From the NCBI RefSeq assembly GCF_030144855.1, contig NC_082714.1, forward strand, positions 124,620,001 to 124,684,000: DNA of 64,000 bases. The letters run 5' to 3'. This stretch comes from Hypanus sabinus (lineage: Eukaryota). The notes beneath the pieces are model-generated. The model ran no database searches. It saw only the letters and a list, made by a program, of their open reading frames with translations, and was not told where the DNA came from. A program made the position numbers and the translations under genes. Shown piece by piece: positions 1-12,469 of the stretch; the first letter of the stretch is position 1, and each line of letters begins with the position of its first letter.

Positions 1-739
1 CTATTCCATCTCAGAAATATCAAAGCAGAGGAGAAACTAGGCTCTAGCAATGGTCAAAGGAATTGTTGGTTTTAGAAAGGTTAAGATGGAGTGACCATCA
101 TTCTTGCAAAGTGACAGGCGGAAGGAAAGCCATAAAACTTGGTGATTGGGGGATTGTCAGTCAGTAGATATCTTCATGAGCAGTCTGAGTGACTGTTTGG
201 GTTGCTATCTCTTTCCCCTCCTCTTTTTGCACCTCCATCTCATATATTATTCACTGTAAAGCAAATGGCAAGAACTCTTCTGCCAGATAGTGAGTTGGTG
301 TAGTGCACAGAAGGTGATCTCAGCTGATTTATTTAAGCCTTCATTCACATTAGGCCCAATGGACATTGGAAACAATTAAGAGCACAAAACAATAGCAGGA
401 GTCAGAAAAGAAATTTATCAGCAGTTAATTGCAAGTAGTAGACGATCATTTTAAACAGATTTGAGGATTTAGCTAAAACCAGACATTCGTTAGAGGGAGG
501 AGCTGCAGTGTTGACATTAAATCAGCAAGCAGCCCAAAATGGCTACCGTTCTGCATACTTCAAGGGGAATGTTTTTGTGTGCACACCAACTCCATTATTA
601 AATGGTGTCTGTCTCCAGTACTACAGGTGACATTTTGGTGCTTTAATTAGCTTTGAAGGGCCTACAGAAACAGGCACTGACATGAGTATTTAGTTTAGTA
701 AAATGTTTGATGAGAGGTAGTATTTTTGGGTGTAATTAC

Positions 740-1080
740 ATTAGACCAGAAGATATAGGAGCCCCTCAAGTCCACTCCACCATTCCATCATGGCTGATCC
801 CGGATCCCATTCAACCCCATACACCTGCCCTCTCACCATATCCCTTGATGCATCCACAAATCTGGAATCTATCAAATTCCGCTTTGAATATGCTAACAGC
901 GGTAGCCTCAACCACTCTGTGGCAAAGCTTTCCACAGAGTCACAATTCTTTGGCTAAGAAAATTCCTCCTTACTCCTAAAAGGTCACCCCTCAGTCTTGA
1001 GACAGTGCCCTCTAGTTCTGGATATCTCCACAGATATCCAGAGGAAACATCCTCCTTATCTAGTCCTTTCATCATTTGGT
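740..1080 (-). mobile_element. CR1 LINE 3' fragment
   Basis: Typical CR1 3' end sequence in reverse orientation. Confidence 0.7.
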
Positions 1081-1586
1081 AGGCACCATTACTATGATGA
1101 CTGACTCACACTACCTCAAGGTGTCAGAGAAACAACTGATGAGAAAGAGAATTGGTGCAATGGCTGAAACTTATTTCTTAAAGGGAGCCTAATGGTGATT
1201 GGATTAGGTGTCAGAATTCCTGAGGGTACAATGCAACTATTCTGTGGCTGAGGAAAGAGAAGGTACAAAAGACAGAGCTACTTCTGGGGCTGGAGAAGGA
1301 GAGTGAAGATAGGGAAGAATAGAATGTGATTTAAAAAAAAATCCCTTCAATGGGAACTATTGAAAGTAGTCACTGCAATCTTCTTAGGAGCTATATTGGA
1401 TTTTCTGCAGTAAGCTCAACAGCACAGCACTGAAACATAATGATAATATTAGTTGCTAAAAATTAAATTAGAAGAAATTAATTTGATTCTAGCTTGGCTG
1501 CAGTATTATCAAAAAAGTTAACATAGTTGATACACATTTTTTTTACAGGCAAGGAATTACTTCACAGTCCGTTGAATGTAAAAATT

Positions 1587-2309
1587 TTTATTACATATTC
1601 TTTATATAATGTACATGTTAAAGTCTTAGCAATACAAAACTGTCACGTAAAAAATTACAGTATACAAAGAGCATTACCAGTGTACCCTTGTAATGTAAAC
1701 AAATATATATTGTGACGATTGTGTACACTGTATAGAAAAAGATGCATTCACCAGGCACCTGTCAATAGCCATAAAAAGTCTTTTGGCACACACCTGTCAA
1801 TAGTCAGGCATTTATCTAAGCCCTGCATTGTAGCATGTGACAACTGCTTGCCATTAGTTACACTTCCACTGAAAAGCAGTTGTTAAGGTTCATATTAACA
1901 GGTGCTTCAGCACACAGCTTGCCCGTAAACAGGAATTTTGTTTCAAATAGCAAGCCATGTCTGTTAAACCCATTGCACAAATCTTTACACATTGCAGGGC
2001 TTCATTGTTCCACTGAGAACATTTTATGTCAGCAGCCCTCATTTACCATTTTATTGCATAGTTACACCATAAAAAAATCTCCCTGTTTGGTGGTTTATAC
2101 TGAATCAAATACTGAAATGATTGAGACACCTTAGCCAGTCTGTTCTGTCCTCCCTCCAAAAAAGGCGATAGCTGCGATTTACAAAAGTGGAATGTTAATA
2201 TTCATGTTCTAATCACAAAATAAATAAAAACCAGCATTAGTCCAACATAAAAAGATTCAGTCTGTACCAACGGGCTGAAATGCACACAGAAGTTGAATGA
2301 CCGTCTTTC
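1587..2309 (-). other. SNAI1: Probable SNAI1 3' UTR
   Basis: Repeat-free AU-rich sequence after the stop; minus-strand AATAAA at 1587-1592. The 3' end is inferred. Confidence 0.55.
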
Positions 2310-2491
2310 TCAGCGAGCTGCACAGCAACCTGTTTCTTCGTGCTTGTGAAGAAGAGACATTCTGGAGAAAGTCTTGGAGCAGTTTTTGCACTGGTACTTT
2401 TTCACATCAGAATGAGTCTGAAGATGGGCTCTGAGGTTGGACCGATCTGCAAATGCTCTGTTGCAATGAGGACAGGAAAAAGGCTTCTCTC
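2310..2491 (-). CDS. SNAI1: SNAI1 coding exon 3 (fingers 4-5, stop)
   Basis: Acceptor ctctttcag; encodes [10 protein letters not shown]...[10 protein letters not shown]. Total CDS 79+537+182=798 nt, 265 aa. Confidence 0.95.
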
Positions 2492-3943
2492 CTGAAAGAG
2501 CAGAGGAAAAAAAGCTGGGTGAATTTTCATAGGAAATTAGTGTTTTCAAGTCTCTCCTATTTTTATAACAACATACTTTAAAGACTCATTTACTTTAATT
2601 ACATCTTAGCTCTATTTATTGATTATAATCAAGTTTTTATTCAAATAGAAAAGGCTGAAAGATGAAACAAGTTAAAACAAATTAATTAAGCTTTGAAATG
2701 CTGTTAAATCCTATATGATCAGTGTAGCCACACAATTAAAGGAAACAAGTAAATAATGGAATATATTCACACTTTAAAAAAAACACAGAACAGGGATTTA
2801 AAGTGCCCTGTTCTCAGTACATGCTAGATTGTGTGAAATACTAGATGGTTTTGCAAAGAAAGTTTAACAGCATTTTGGTGAACCAGCTATCAGATGAAAC
2901 AATGTTAGGTTTGCTGCACATGGAAGTCTGAGGTCTTCAACCACAGGTGAAGGTGAAAACGTTGGAGCTAAATTTTAAGAAAACAATTTCCAAAGCAACT
3001 GTGATTAAGAAACAACTTACAATCAAAAATTTTAAAAAAATGTATTTAATTAATTCCTTTGAGAGCATTTGCGTACTTAAGAAGGTGTGAAATCAACAAC
3101 AAAGTCAGAACTAACCCATGCCAAAGGCTGGTAAATAGATCTGGAGAGGCGGCATTGTGAAAAGTGATAATTGTTGTATTTAAAACTGATGGCCCAAAAG
3201 GTGACAGCTGGAGCCTATAGCTGTGCCTGCAGTGCACTGTAACAGGTGCACTGTACAAATTGCACTGCTACATCAATGCACCTGCCCCATGTCTGTCAGT
3301 CATTCACATACATGGCCCTTCGCAGGACAACACCACCACTCAGAAAGAATTAAATGCAATAGTGGTGAAACGAAGAATCACAACAGGGTCTTTTTGTTTC
3401 CCACTAAGAACATCCTCTTTTAGCTGGTGGAGACAATGTACGGAACAAAAACGCAGTCTGGAAAGCCACCAACAATGTTTTGGCTGAAAGGTGGCTTTAT
3501 TGCACCATGTGTCCCTTTTGTACCGATTCAATAGAGAATAACTTGTATATCAGAATGTGATAAATGTTATGCACATAAACATTCAGGAAGAGCGAGTTAC
3601 CTTCACGTTTTAGAACGACTATGTAGAACAAAAGTAAAGTAGGAATGGTAAATATTCTCTCAACTACATGTTAAAATTGGGAACTGTGGGCAGATTTTTC
3701 GGCTCCAATGCGCTTAACCGTACATTTCTTTAAAACGGCGGTAAATATCCCGGAATGGGACTTTAGAAGACAAGGCTAGAAAGGTTACCAGGCACATAAT
3801 TCAACTGTAACGTGGTCTAATATCGAGTAGGCGAGTCGCTTCCACATTTATTATTTGGGGAGGAGCAGGATTTAGAAAATTCCACTTGGGCTGAAGACCC
3901 ACGGAATAAAAGTCTATGAACAGAGAAGGTCCCCTCTACTCAC

Positions 3944-4480
3944 CAGTGTGTGTGCGGATGTGCCCCTGCAGCAGCCAGGGTCTGGAGAAAGCCTTGCCAC
4001 AGATTTTGCAAACACAAGGAAGCGTGTGGCTCCTGATGTGCATCTTCAGGGCTCCCAAACTCACATACTCCTTCTCACAGTACTTGCAGTTAAAGGATTT
4101 CCTGGCCTGGACCTCGCAGTGTAGCTGTTTGTGCTTGGACAGTCCGGCGAAGGTGGAGTAAGACTTGGTGCACTGACTGCACTGAAATTTCTCTGCTTCT
4201 GTCGCTGAGGAGTCGGGACTGGGAGGGTCCGATGTCTTCCCGTCCTCTTCCTCGCTCGATAAGGATGCGAGGTCGTGAGATTTGCGTCGTTTCACGTTGT
4301 CCGCTGTTGGCGAATCGATTTTCTTGCTGGAAAGGTTGGTTTCGATATCAGCCGAGCAGAAGCTGGAGATCAGCCCTGTGTCCCAGACGATGGTGGGGTA
4401 ATAGGCGGCCGAGCTGAGGATTTCAGGCTGAGGGATGGCGGGGACTGGGTACTTCTCATAAATAAACGGGGAGATGATCA
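3944..4480 (-). CDS. SNAI1: SNAI1 coding exon 2 (Ser/Pro region and C2H2 fingers 1-3)
   Basis: Acceptor tctttcag, donor G|GTGAG, 537 bp. Snail1-type motifs YYPxx[31 protein letters not shown] and MHIRSHT are present; no SLUG domain. Synteny with RNF114 and SPATA2. Confidence 0.93.
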
Positions 4481-4767
4481 CTGAAAGATAGAGCGAAATA
4501 TCCATGAACATTTCGGGGCCGTTCGTGGAAAAGCCATCTCACATCAATTCATCTAACGTCTGTCCTACATTTATCCCGTACACATTACCAGCAAAAATAC
4601 CGCTTAATTTATCGGAAACCGCAAACACGTGCAAATAGTATCGATACTACTAACGCCCTGAAGCTAAGTCTTAGTGACTCTTTTACAAATCCTGACTTTG
4701 ATAATTATCCTTCCCATCTCGTCACAGTCATGGACACCCTTAATACAGGGGAAACCTCTTCCCTTAC

Positions 4768-4846
4768 CTGTCTGACTGTCCAGTTCACCGTAATTGGGTT
4801 TCTTATTGGTTGAGAAATGCTTCTTAATAAGAAAAGACCTAGGCAT
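4768..4846 (-). CDS. SNAI1: Snail family zinc finger 1, coding exon 1 (SNAG domain)
   Basis: Encodes MPRSFLIKKHFSTNKKPNYGELDSQT, a SNAG N-terminus. Phase-1 donor G|GTAAG follows 4768. Confidence 0.95.
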
Positions 4847-4919
4847 CTTGAGATTCCGGGCTGCCTGTAGACTCCCAAGTCCAGTTTAAGCAACGACTGC
4901 CTTGACGAAAACTACCACG

Positions 4920-5220
4920 TCCTCCCTTTTAATGCAGGGAGTTCACTTGTGGAAAATGTGCGCGAACTGGTGTAAATATTGGGTTCTGGAGCCGGCTGGA
5001 GGAGGAGAGAGAACACACATTTGTCCCACTGTTGTCCAATAGGATAGAGGCAACAGGGGAAGCGAGAGACGAGGAGGGGCTTCAGCGTCAGGATTTGCTT
5101 CCAACAGGTGTCTGTACAAAGCTCTAAAACCTCAGGATCTCACTATACAGACTGCCCGAGAAAGACCGATCGAAGCCCATTGTTGTGCACCAGGGCAACG
5201 GTTCACAGCCGTTTAGGAGT
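4920..5220 (-). promoter_or_regulatory. SNAI1 proximal promoter
   Basis: Minus-strand TATA-like ATTAAAA near 4927-4933, CCAAT at 5036-5040, CAGGTG E-box at 5105-5110; CpG-rich. Confidence 0.5.
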
Positions 5221-7331
5221 AAATGAGTTTCAAATTGCTGCTCACACCACAATGTATTTATAGATAAGCACTTCAATAAGTCTCAGCACACTAAAGCGAT
5301 GTGCATCAGGAGCAAATGATGCAAAGAAGAGCTGAAAATACTTTTAAAACATTCTTGAGGGATCTCACCGATTAATTTAAACCTTGGAGTCAAAGGGACA
5401 AGTAGTCTGTCTTTTAACCGCCCTTCTGCCTTGGCTAAATGTTGAATTTGGAGCGGAACTGCCAGTTCTGTGAATGTTGTCAGTTTTGTCAAATATACTC
5501 TTCATTCTAGCGCCATTAACTTGTCGGGCTGAGAATAGTGCCTTCGCGGCCCGTGCAAACTAAGCGCTGGTACTGTACTCCGCCGAGAGTTGGGTAACCG
5601 CACCTTCACCCCTCCCTCCCTCAGTCTGGCATCTGTACAAAGTTACAGATCTAAAGGAAAGATGCCTAGGTTAGGCAGGAGAACTCAAGTGCGAATCCTG
5701 ATGCATAACTGGGCTTCACTCGAATATAAATAAATATCCCCTGTTAAATGTAACATTCTCAGGTACTTGTTGGTTATTCCGTTTTGAAACGCATCTCAAA
5801 CACTCGCTAAATGTTTCAACTACTTGATGCTTAACGGTTGGAAACAGAGTTACAAACTTTATCACAGTTAATATAAAGACAGATGAAAGACCTTTCTTTA
5901 TTTTAAGGCTGATGAAGCCTCGTTCGTGAAAACCTAATGCTTAAGTTTATTTCACGTGATACTTTGTAAAATTTAAGGGGTCACTTTCCGGAAAACATGG
6001 AATCGAAATTCTGAACTCATTCTATCGTGTCTTGTGGATTTGCAGCGCGCAAAGATCAAAATGCGCACAATACCATGGATGCCATACAAGTCACATCTTG
6101 CTTGTTTAAAGACAGTTTGATTCTTATTTGGAGTCATTGGCACGTAGAACAAAATCCACGCAAACAAAACATTGGCTTGTGACTCAGATTTCCTCAGACA
6201 TTGTCCCCTCAGGCTTCGAGCCACGTGTCGGGACAGGATGCACCTGCCTGGCGTTCCGCTGTTGATGTCATTCAGGTGTGAGGCAGGTACGGCAGACGTC
6301 CCAGTACAGGTGCAGACTGCGAAGAGTCGGGGGCACTTGGACGGGAGTCGATACAAGTGCAGAGGAAGTCCCTGCCTCCGGGACAGATGGTTGAAGAGAT
6401 TGCGCACTGATTCATCGAATCAGCAACGCAAAAATATTTGAGAAGCTCTTTGTTTTCCATGCGGCTAATGCCAGAGTTTGACGCTATGGTAGCATAAAGC
6501 AAAACATGTTTAAAAGGCATGCGTCTGCAGACACCTTTGGCGACACTTTCGAGGCATGTTGCCCATATTTGGAAATCGGGCAATATTAATATAGAGCAAG
6601 GCATCGATTTTTTAATTGTGTGGTTAGAATAACATTCGTATTGAGCAACAACACTTTTTCAAACATCGTCTTGGGTTACAGCAGTTTAACGATTTTCCCC
6701 TCACGATTCTCGACTTATGGTCGAAGTAGTTTTCAAAAATAAAATTAAAACACTGAAAAGACCAAGGTAATTGTGTATTTTGCATTTGTTAACAGAATTA
6801 GTTGCAGTATTTAGTCTAGAATAGAATCAGCCCTTGAAGGTCAACGCACCAGCGCAATGCTATCGAGGCTCATCTTTTGCCATCAACGGTCGTCTTTAAC
6901 TTCACATGACTATTTTCGTTTCATATCTAAACTAAACCTGTTATCAGATTTAAATTAACCTAGTATAATTGCGGAAGGAAGTTCTAAACTTTTACCTGCA
7001 CCTCAGGATCAACTTCTGTAAGACTTGCCTTGATTTCCCCTTTACCTCAATTCCTCAATCAATGGAAGTTGTTTCTGTCTACCAATATTATTGGTTCTCT
7101 TTAATACAGTATCTTGGAAAACTTTGATGAATTCACTGCACAGCTTCTTAAATTCCAGAAAACTCATTCCTAATTCATGGAATCTTTCCTCATGGTCTTT
7201 TGGCCTCAGGTATAAAGCTATGCTATACTTCCTTCAAGGCCATTATGCTGTTATCTGGTGCGAGGCTAAGAAATGTGTGCAGTATTGTACTGTAGCCTAG
7301 CAAGGAGATTTGTATAGCTCTGAAATTTAAT

Positions 7332-7405
7332 CCTCTCCCTCTCTCTCAGTCTCTCTCTCTATATATCTATATCTCTCTCTATATATATATCTCCATACAC
7401 ACACA
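7332..7405. repeat. Compound (CT)n/(TA)n/(CA)n microsatellite
   Basis: Visible dinucleotide runs. Confidence 0.8.
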
Positions 7406-7409
7406 GCTG

Positions 7410-7650
7410 GGCAGTATGCTGGTGTAGTGGTTAGCTGGTTAGTACAAAGGTACAATGTTTTACAGTATCAGTGATGCAGGTTCAATTCCTGCTGCCTTTG
7501 TATGTCCTCTGCGTGACTCTGTGGGTTTCCTCCGGGTGCTCTGGTTTCCTCCCACAGTCCAAAGATGTACTGGTTGGTTGGTTAATTGGTCATTATAAGT
7601 TGCCCTGTGATTAAATCAGGGTTAAATCTAGGGCCTATTTTGGACTGTAT
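7410..7650 (+). mobile_element. tRNA-derived SINE (HE1/V-SINE-like)
   Basis: A-box gtagtggttag, B-box ggttcaattcc, core gtgggtttcctccgggtgctc.ggtttcctcccaca.tccaaag. Confidence 0.8.
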
Positions 7651-8984
7651 CTTAATAATTGAATATCAATCCAACATGTTTTTTACTTTTCCATGATATT
7701 TTAATGATCTAAGCACTTTTCGTGTCTCTCTTGGGCAACCCTTCCTAGTTTCACCAATTCATAAGTACATCCGTACATTCCTCTAACTGTTCTCAATTCA
7801 ATGTGGATGAGTTTATTTGTTTGTATTGAAATACGCTTGCAATGAATTTGTCATTTCACTAAATCTATTAATATTTTGTCATTAAATGTTTCCCTCTGCA
7901 CAGCTTTCTTTATCATGTCTCTTTACTGTTTGTTTCAAGCCCAACTGTGCTCTGTAGATTAATACTTGGGCTGTGTGGAAGGGGTGGGGAATACTGGGGT
8001 GGTGATTATATGGGAAAATGGCAACCCAGATTTCTCATACACAATCAATGTTAGAACCCTATGAGGTTATATGGAAGAACAGAACAGGCCTTAGTCAGTG
8101 TTCAGTCTCACATGCAAAGTGTGACCATTCAATTGGAGTACCAAAGACTGGTACCTGAGGTAGGGCCTTGCTGTGCTGTGCCGAACTCAGCATCTTTTTC
8201 ATAGTTAAGGTGAACCAGGATTCTGAGTTACTAGTATGTTGTTGGAAGGAAGAACCAGCTTCACTTTAGTCTGAGATTATACTATGCAAATTCCTCAAAA
8301 GCTATGAAACGGTTTCCAGAATTCCAGGCACTGAACCAATGAAATGTTGTTCTGAAATACTGAAATAAACCAATCTATTGTTTTGCAAATAGGTAATTAT
8401 TTCCATAATTATGGATCCAGATTGTGGTAGATATTTTTTAAATGCAATATTAGGGACATTCACAGAATGAACTAATTGATGAAGATGTTCTTGTACTAAC
8501 AAAATAAATTTAGGATGTCAACATTGATTATTTAATAAAATTCTAAGAATTTATGATGAAGCATGCATTTTACAGGTTGTATGGTTTCATTTCAAAGACT
8601 GCCAAGGCTGACACCTGCTGGTTAAATTTAGTATAACATCTCACCATTAATAATTTCAGTTTGAATAGCAATTAATGTAATCTTGTTGTTAATGAACCCA
8701 GTAGTCCAATTAAACACTTCCCATATAAAAATGATGAAAATACCATGATTAGTTTCTATATCACGATGAAGCAAGGCAAAACTTTCAAGACAGCATCTGG
8801 AAAAATGTATTACTGGTACTTATTAATAAAGTTCTTGAACATGGTTTGAAATTTGCAATCAGACACAAAACAGGATTTCCCATTGAACCCATAAAAGGTA
8901 TCCATAAAAGTCGAGAACATGTCATGAAAAGTCATGAGACCACGATCTCTAACACCAACTGGTGTAAATAACAATCATAATAAA

Positions 8985-9240
8985 TCATTTTACTGACCCT
9001 GTGTTTCCAGTTTCTCATCACTTTGATTTTCTACCCCATTCCTACTCTGGTCTCTCTGCCTCTGGCTAAAGAATGAGGAACAGTCTTTTTTCATCCTTCT
9101 AATCTGTAGCCCTCAGAACTTAACAGGAACAGCAACAATTTTAGGTAACCAACCATGCCAACATGTAGTATAAATTCTGTTTCCCTCACTCCACAGTTGC
9201 TACCTGACTCTGAATATTTCCAACATTTGCTTTAATTTCT
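8985..9240 (+). mobile_element. Old Penelope-like 3' fragment
   Basis: Degenerate gaggaacag...ctgtagccctcagaacttaac...aattttaggtaa resembles the same GIY-YIG terminus. Confidence 0.4.
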
Positions 9241-9635
9241 GTGTTCTCATAAATGCTGTGTGTTTTAACAGCTCCAGCATTGCTGACCCACCACCCCCAC
9301 AACCACATTCTCTAATCTCATTCACCTCCGACCATTTACACCTCCTCTGAACAAATCATCACCAGTTATCTAGACTTTAATACTCTCTCAGCCCTGTCAT
9401 TTGGTCTTTCTTGCTCTCATTCTACAGTCATTCCTATTGTTCTCCCCAACCCTCCCCCTTCTCTGCAATCCAAAACATGTTGATAATTTATACTAGATAT
9501 GGTGAAAGGCCTTTGACCAGTGCTACTTACTCGACTGATTATTTCCAGTCTTTTCTGTCTCACATACATACAGCAAACAAGGAAGAAAAAGTTAATTATT
9601 TTTAAATATTCTATGCCAAATAATGATTATAGTAA

Positions 9636-9854
9636 ACATGAGTGAATCTGCAGATGCTGGAAATAAATAAAAACACAAAATGCTGGCAGAACTCAGCAGA
9701 CCAGACAGCATCTATGGGAGGAGGTCGTGACGACGTTTCAGGCTGAAACCCTTCATCAGGAGGGTTGATGAAGGGTTTCAGCCGGAAATGTCGTCACTAC
9801 CTCCTCCCATAGATGCTGTCTGGTCTGCTGAGTTCTGCCAGCGTTTTGTGTTTT
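9636..9854. mobile_element. Palindromic Penelope-derived short insert
   Basis: Inverted arms of ~85-90 bp; 15-bp TSD taatgattatagtaa at 9621-9635 and 9855-9869. Confidence 0.85.
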
Positions 9855-10019
9855 TAATGATTATAGTAAGTTGGACTGCACCCAATAAGTGAATGGGAAC
9901 ACAAGAGGATGAGGCAATTTCACATACTTCTGTGATTGGAGCTTGAAAAGGCAGTACTTCAGGGCAGTTTTCGGAGTTGCACTGAGCCTGATCAGTGAAC
10001 AGGTTCATTAGAAAGGGCA

Positions 10020-12310
10020 AATAAAGTTAAGGCAGAGGCAAGCAGAGCGGCCATTGTGTGAGTGGGCCAGTGTTGAAGTGGCTTCAGCAAGCTCAGGCTT
10101 GGGTGAGCTAAGTATCTTGTAAGTTTCTTCTTCTTTATTCCTCATCTATTAGGACACAGTTATGAGTCCAGGGGCTGTGTTTTGTTTGGTGTGCGAGATG
10201 TGGGAATTCTGGGAGACCTCCTGCCTCTCAGGGGCACTGAACTGCAGCTCCTCAGAGAATGTGTAAAGAAACTGGAGTTACAGCACAGTGACCTTCGGCT
10301 CATATAGGAGACTCAGGAAGTGATAGATAGGAGCTACAGGGAGGTAGTCACCCCTAGGTTTCAGAGACTGGTAGGTGGGTGACAGTCCAGAAAGGAAGAG
10401 AAATACACAGCCAGGGCAGAGCATGCTTGCGGCTGTTCCCCTTTAGGTACTATTGAGGAGTACAACCTACCAAGGCAGAGCTGCAGTGGTCGGGTCTCTG
10501 GCACTGAGTCCGGCGCCATGGCTCAGAAGAGCAGAGAGGTGAAGAGGAATGCAATGTTGATAGGAGATTCCATAGTTAGAACAAGATTCTGTGGGTGCAA
10601 TAGAGACACACAGTTGCCAGGATCAGGGATGTCTCAAATCAGGTCCATGGCATTCTCAAGGGTGAGGCTCCGCAGCCAGAGGTCTTGGTATGTATTGGCA
10701 CCAATGACGTTGGTAGATGAGATGAGGAGGTCCTGAAGAGAGATTTTAAGGAGCTAGTTAGAAAGTAGAAAAACAGAACCTCCACAGTACTAAGCTCTGG
10801 ATTTCTGCCTGTACCCCATGCCAGTGAAGGTAAGAATTTCATTATTTGGCAGATGAATGCATGGCTGAAGAACAGGAGCAGGGGTTCAGATTTATGGATC
10901 ATTTGGATTGCTTCTAGGGAAGGTACAATCTGTACAAAAAGGATGGATTACTCTTGAACCCAAGGAGGACCAATATCTTTGCAGGCAGGTTTGCTAGAGC
11001 TGTTCAAGAGATTTTAAACTAATTTGGCTGGGATCTGGGAATCAAAGTGATAGGGCTGATGATAGGGCAAAATTGCAGTCAACAGGATGAGCTGCAATAT
11101 AAAAGGGGGATTAAATGGAAAATGGTGATGATAACAGGAATGAATAAGTTATATCTGAATGTACACAGTATACAGAATAGTGTAGATGAATTTGTAACCC
11201 AGCTACAAATTGGCATGTATGATATTGTGGGCATCACTGAAAAGTGGTTGAAAGAATATTATAGACAGGAAGTTAACTTCCAGAGTCACACATTGTATGG
11301 AAATGCCAGGCAGGTATGCGGAGGGGATTGGGTGGCAAGGTTGGTAAAAATTGAAACTAAATCAATTGAAAGAGGTGACATGGGATTGGAAAATGTAGAA
11401 TCATTGTGGATGGAACTAGGAAACTAAAGTCAGCTGTATCAGTATTACAGTGGAGTAAAGGGAATTATAGAGGCATGAGACAGGATCGAGCCAAAACTGA
11501 TTTGGAGGGAACATTAGCAGGAATGATGGCAGTTCAGCAATGGTTGGAGTTTATGGGAACAATCCAGAAAGCACAGGACAGATATATCCCAAACAAAAAG
11601 AAGTATTCTAAAGTCAGGTGGATGCAACCATGGCTGACCAGAGAAGTCAAAGACAACATAAAAGCCAAAGAGAGGGCATGTAATAGAGCAAAAAAAAGTG
11701 GGAAGTTAGAGGATCGGGAAGCTTTAAAAAAAACCAAAAGACAACTAAAAAGTCATAAGAAGGAAAAGATGGAATATGAAGGTAAGCTAGCCAATAATAT
11801 TAAAGATACTAAAAGTTTTTTCAGATATATAAAGTGTAAAAGAGAGGTGACAGTAGATATTGGTCCACTGAAAAATGATGCTGGAGAGGTAGTAATGGGG
11901 GAAGAAGGAAATAGCAGATGAACTGAATAAGTATTTTGCATCAGTCTTAACTGTGGAAGCCACTAGCAGTATCCCAGAAGTTCAAGAGTGTTGGCAGCAG
12001 AAGTGAATGAAGTTGCCATTACTAGGGAGAAGGTGCTTGGGGAACTGAAAAGTCTGAAGGTAGATAAATCACCTGGACAGGATGGTCTACACCCCAGTGT
12101 TTTAAAAGAGGTGGCTGAAGTGACTGTGGAGCTGCCATGATTCTGGGATTGAAAGGTTTATCATACGAGGAGCGTTTGATGGCTCTGGGCCTGTATACAC
12201 TGGAATTCCCAAGTATGAGGGTGATCTTATTGAAACTTATCAAATGTTGAAAGGCCTCGAAAGAGTGGATGTGGAGAGGATGTTTCCTATGGTTGGGGAG
12301 TCTAGGACTG
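10020..12310 (+). mobile_element. Internally deleted CR1 LINE (ORF1 esterase, APE, RT fragments)
   Basis: LIGDSIVR (SGNH esterase), LYLNVHSIQN..DIVGITEKWL (APE), QPWLTREVK, and KSPG.DG motif. Confidence 0.88.
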
Positions 12311-12469
12311 AGTCTAAATTGAAATATTTTAGATCTAATTAAAAAGTCAGAACTTCACTATATTTACAGTTGAAGTCAAAATATAAATATAAAATCCATT
12401 GTATTTTGAAGTATTTGTGTGTGGTACACATAAAATTACGGGAGACCAAAATTGGATAATGAGATCATA

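Noticed and set aside
2310-4846. Calling the Snail gene SNAI2
   Set aside because: There is no SLUG domain, Snail1-diagnostic motifs are present, and the gene neighbours RNF114 and SPATA2.
5973-6604. Overlapping 89-144 aa ORFs upstream of SNAI1
   Set aside because: No homology or splice structure; expected by chance in GC-rich regulatory DNA.
7410-7490. tRNA gene
   Set aside because: The A/B boxes run directly into a SINE core and no cloverleaf is evident.
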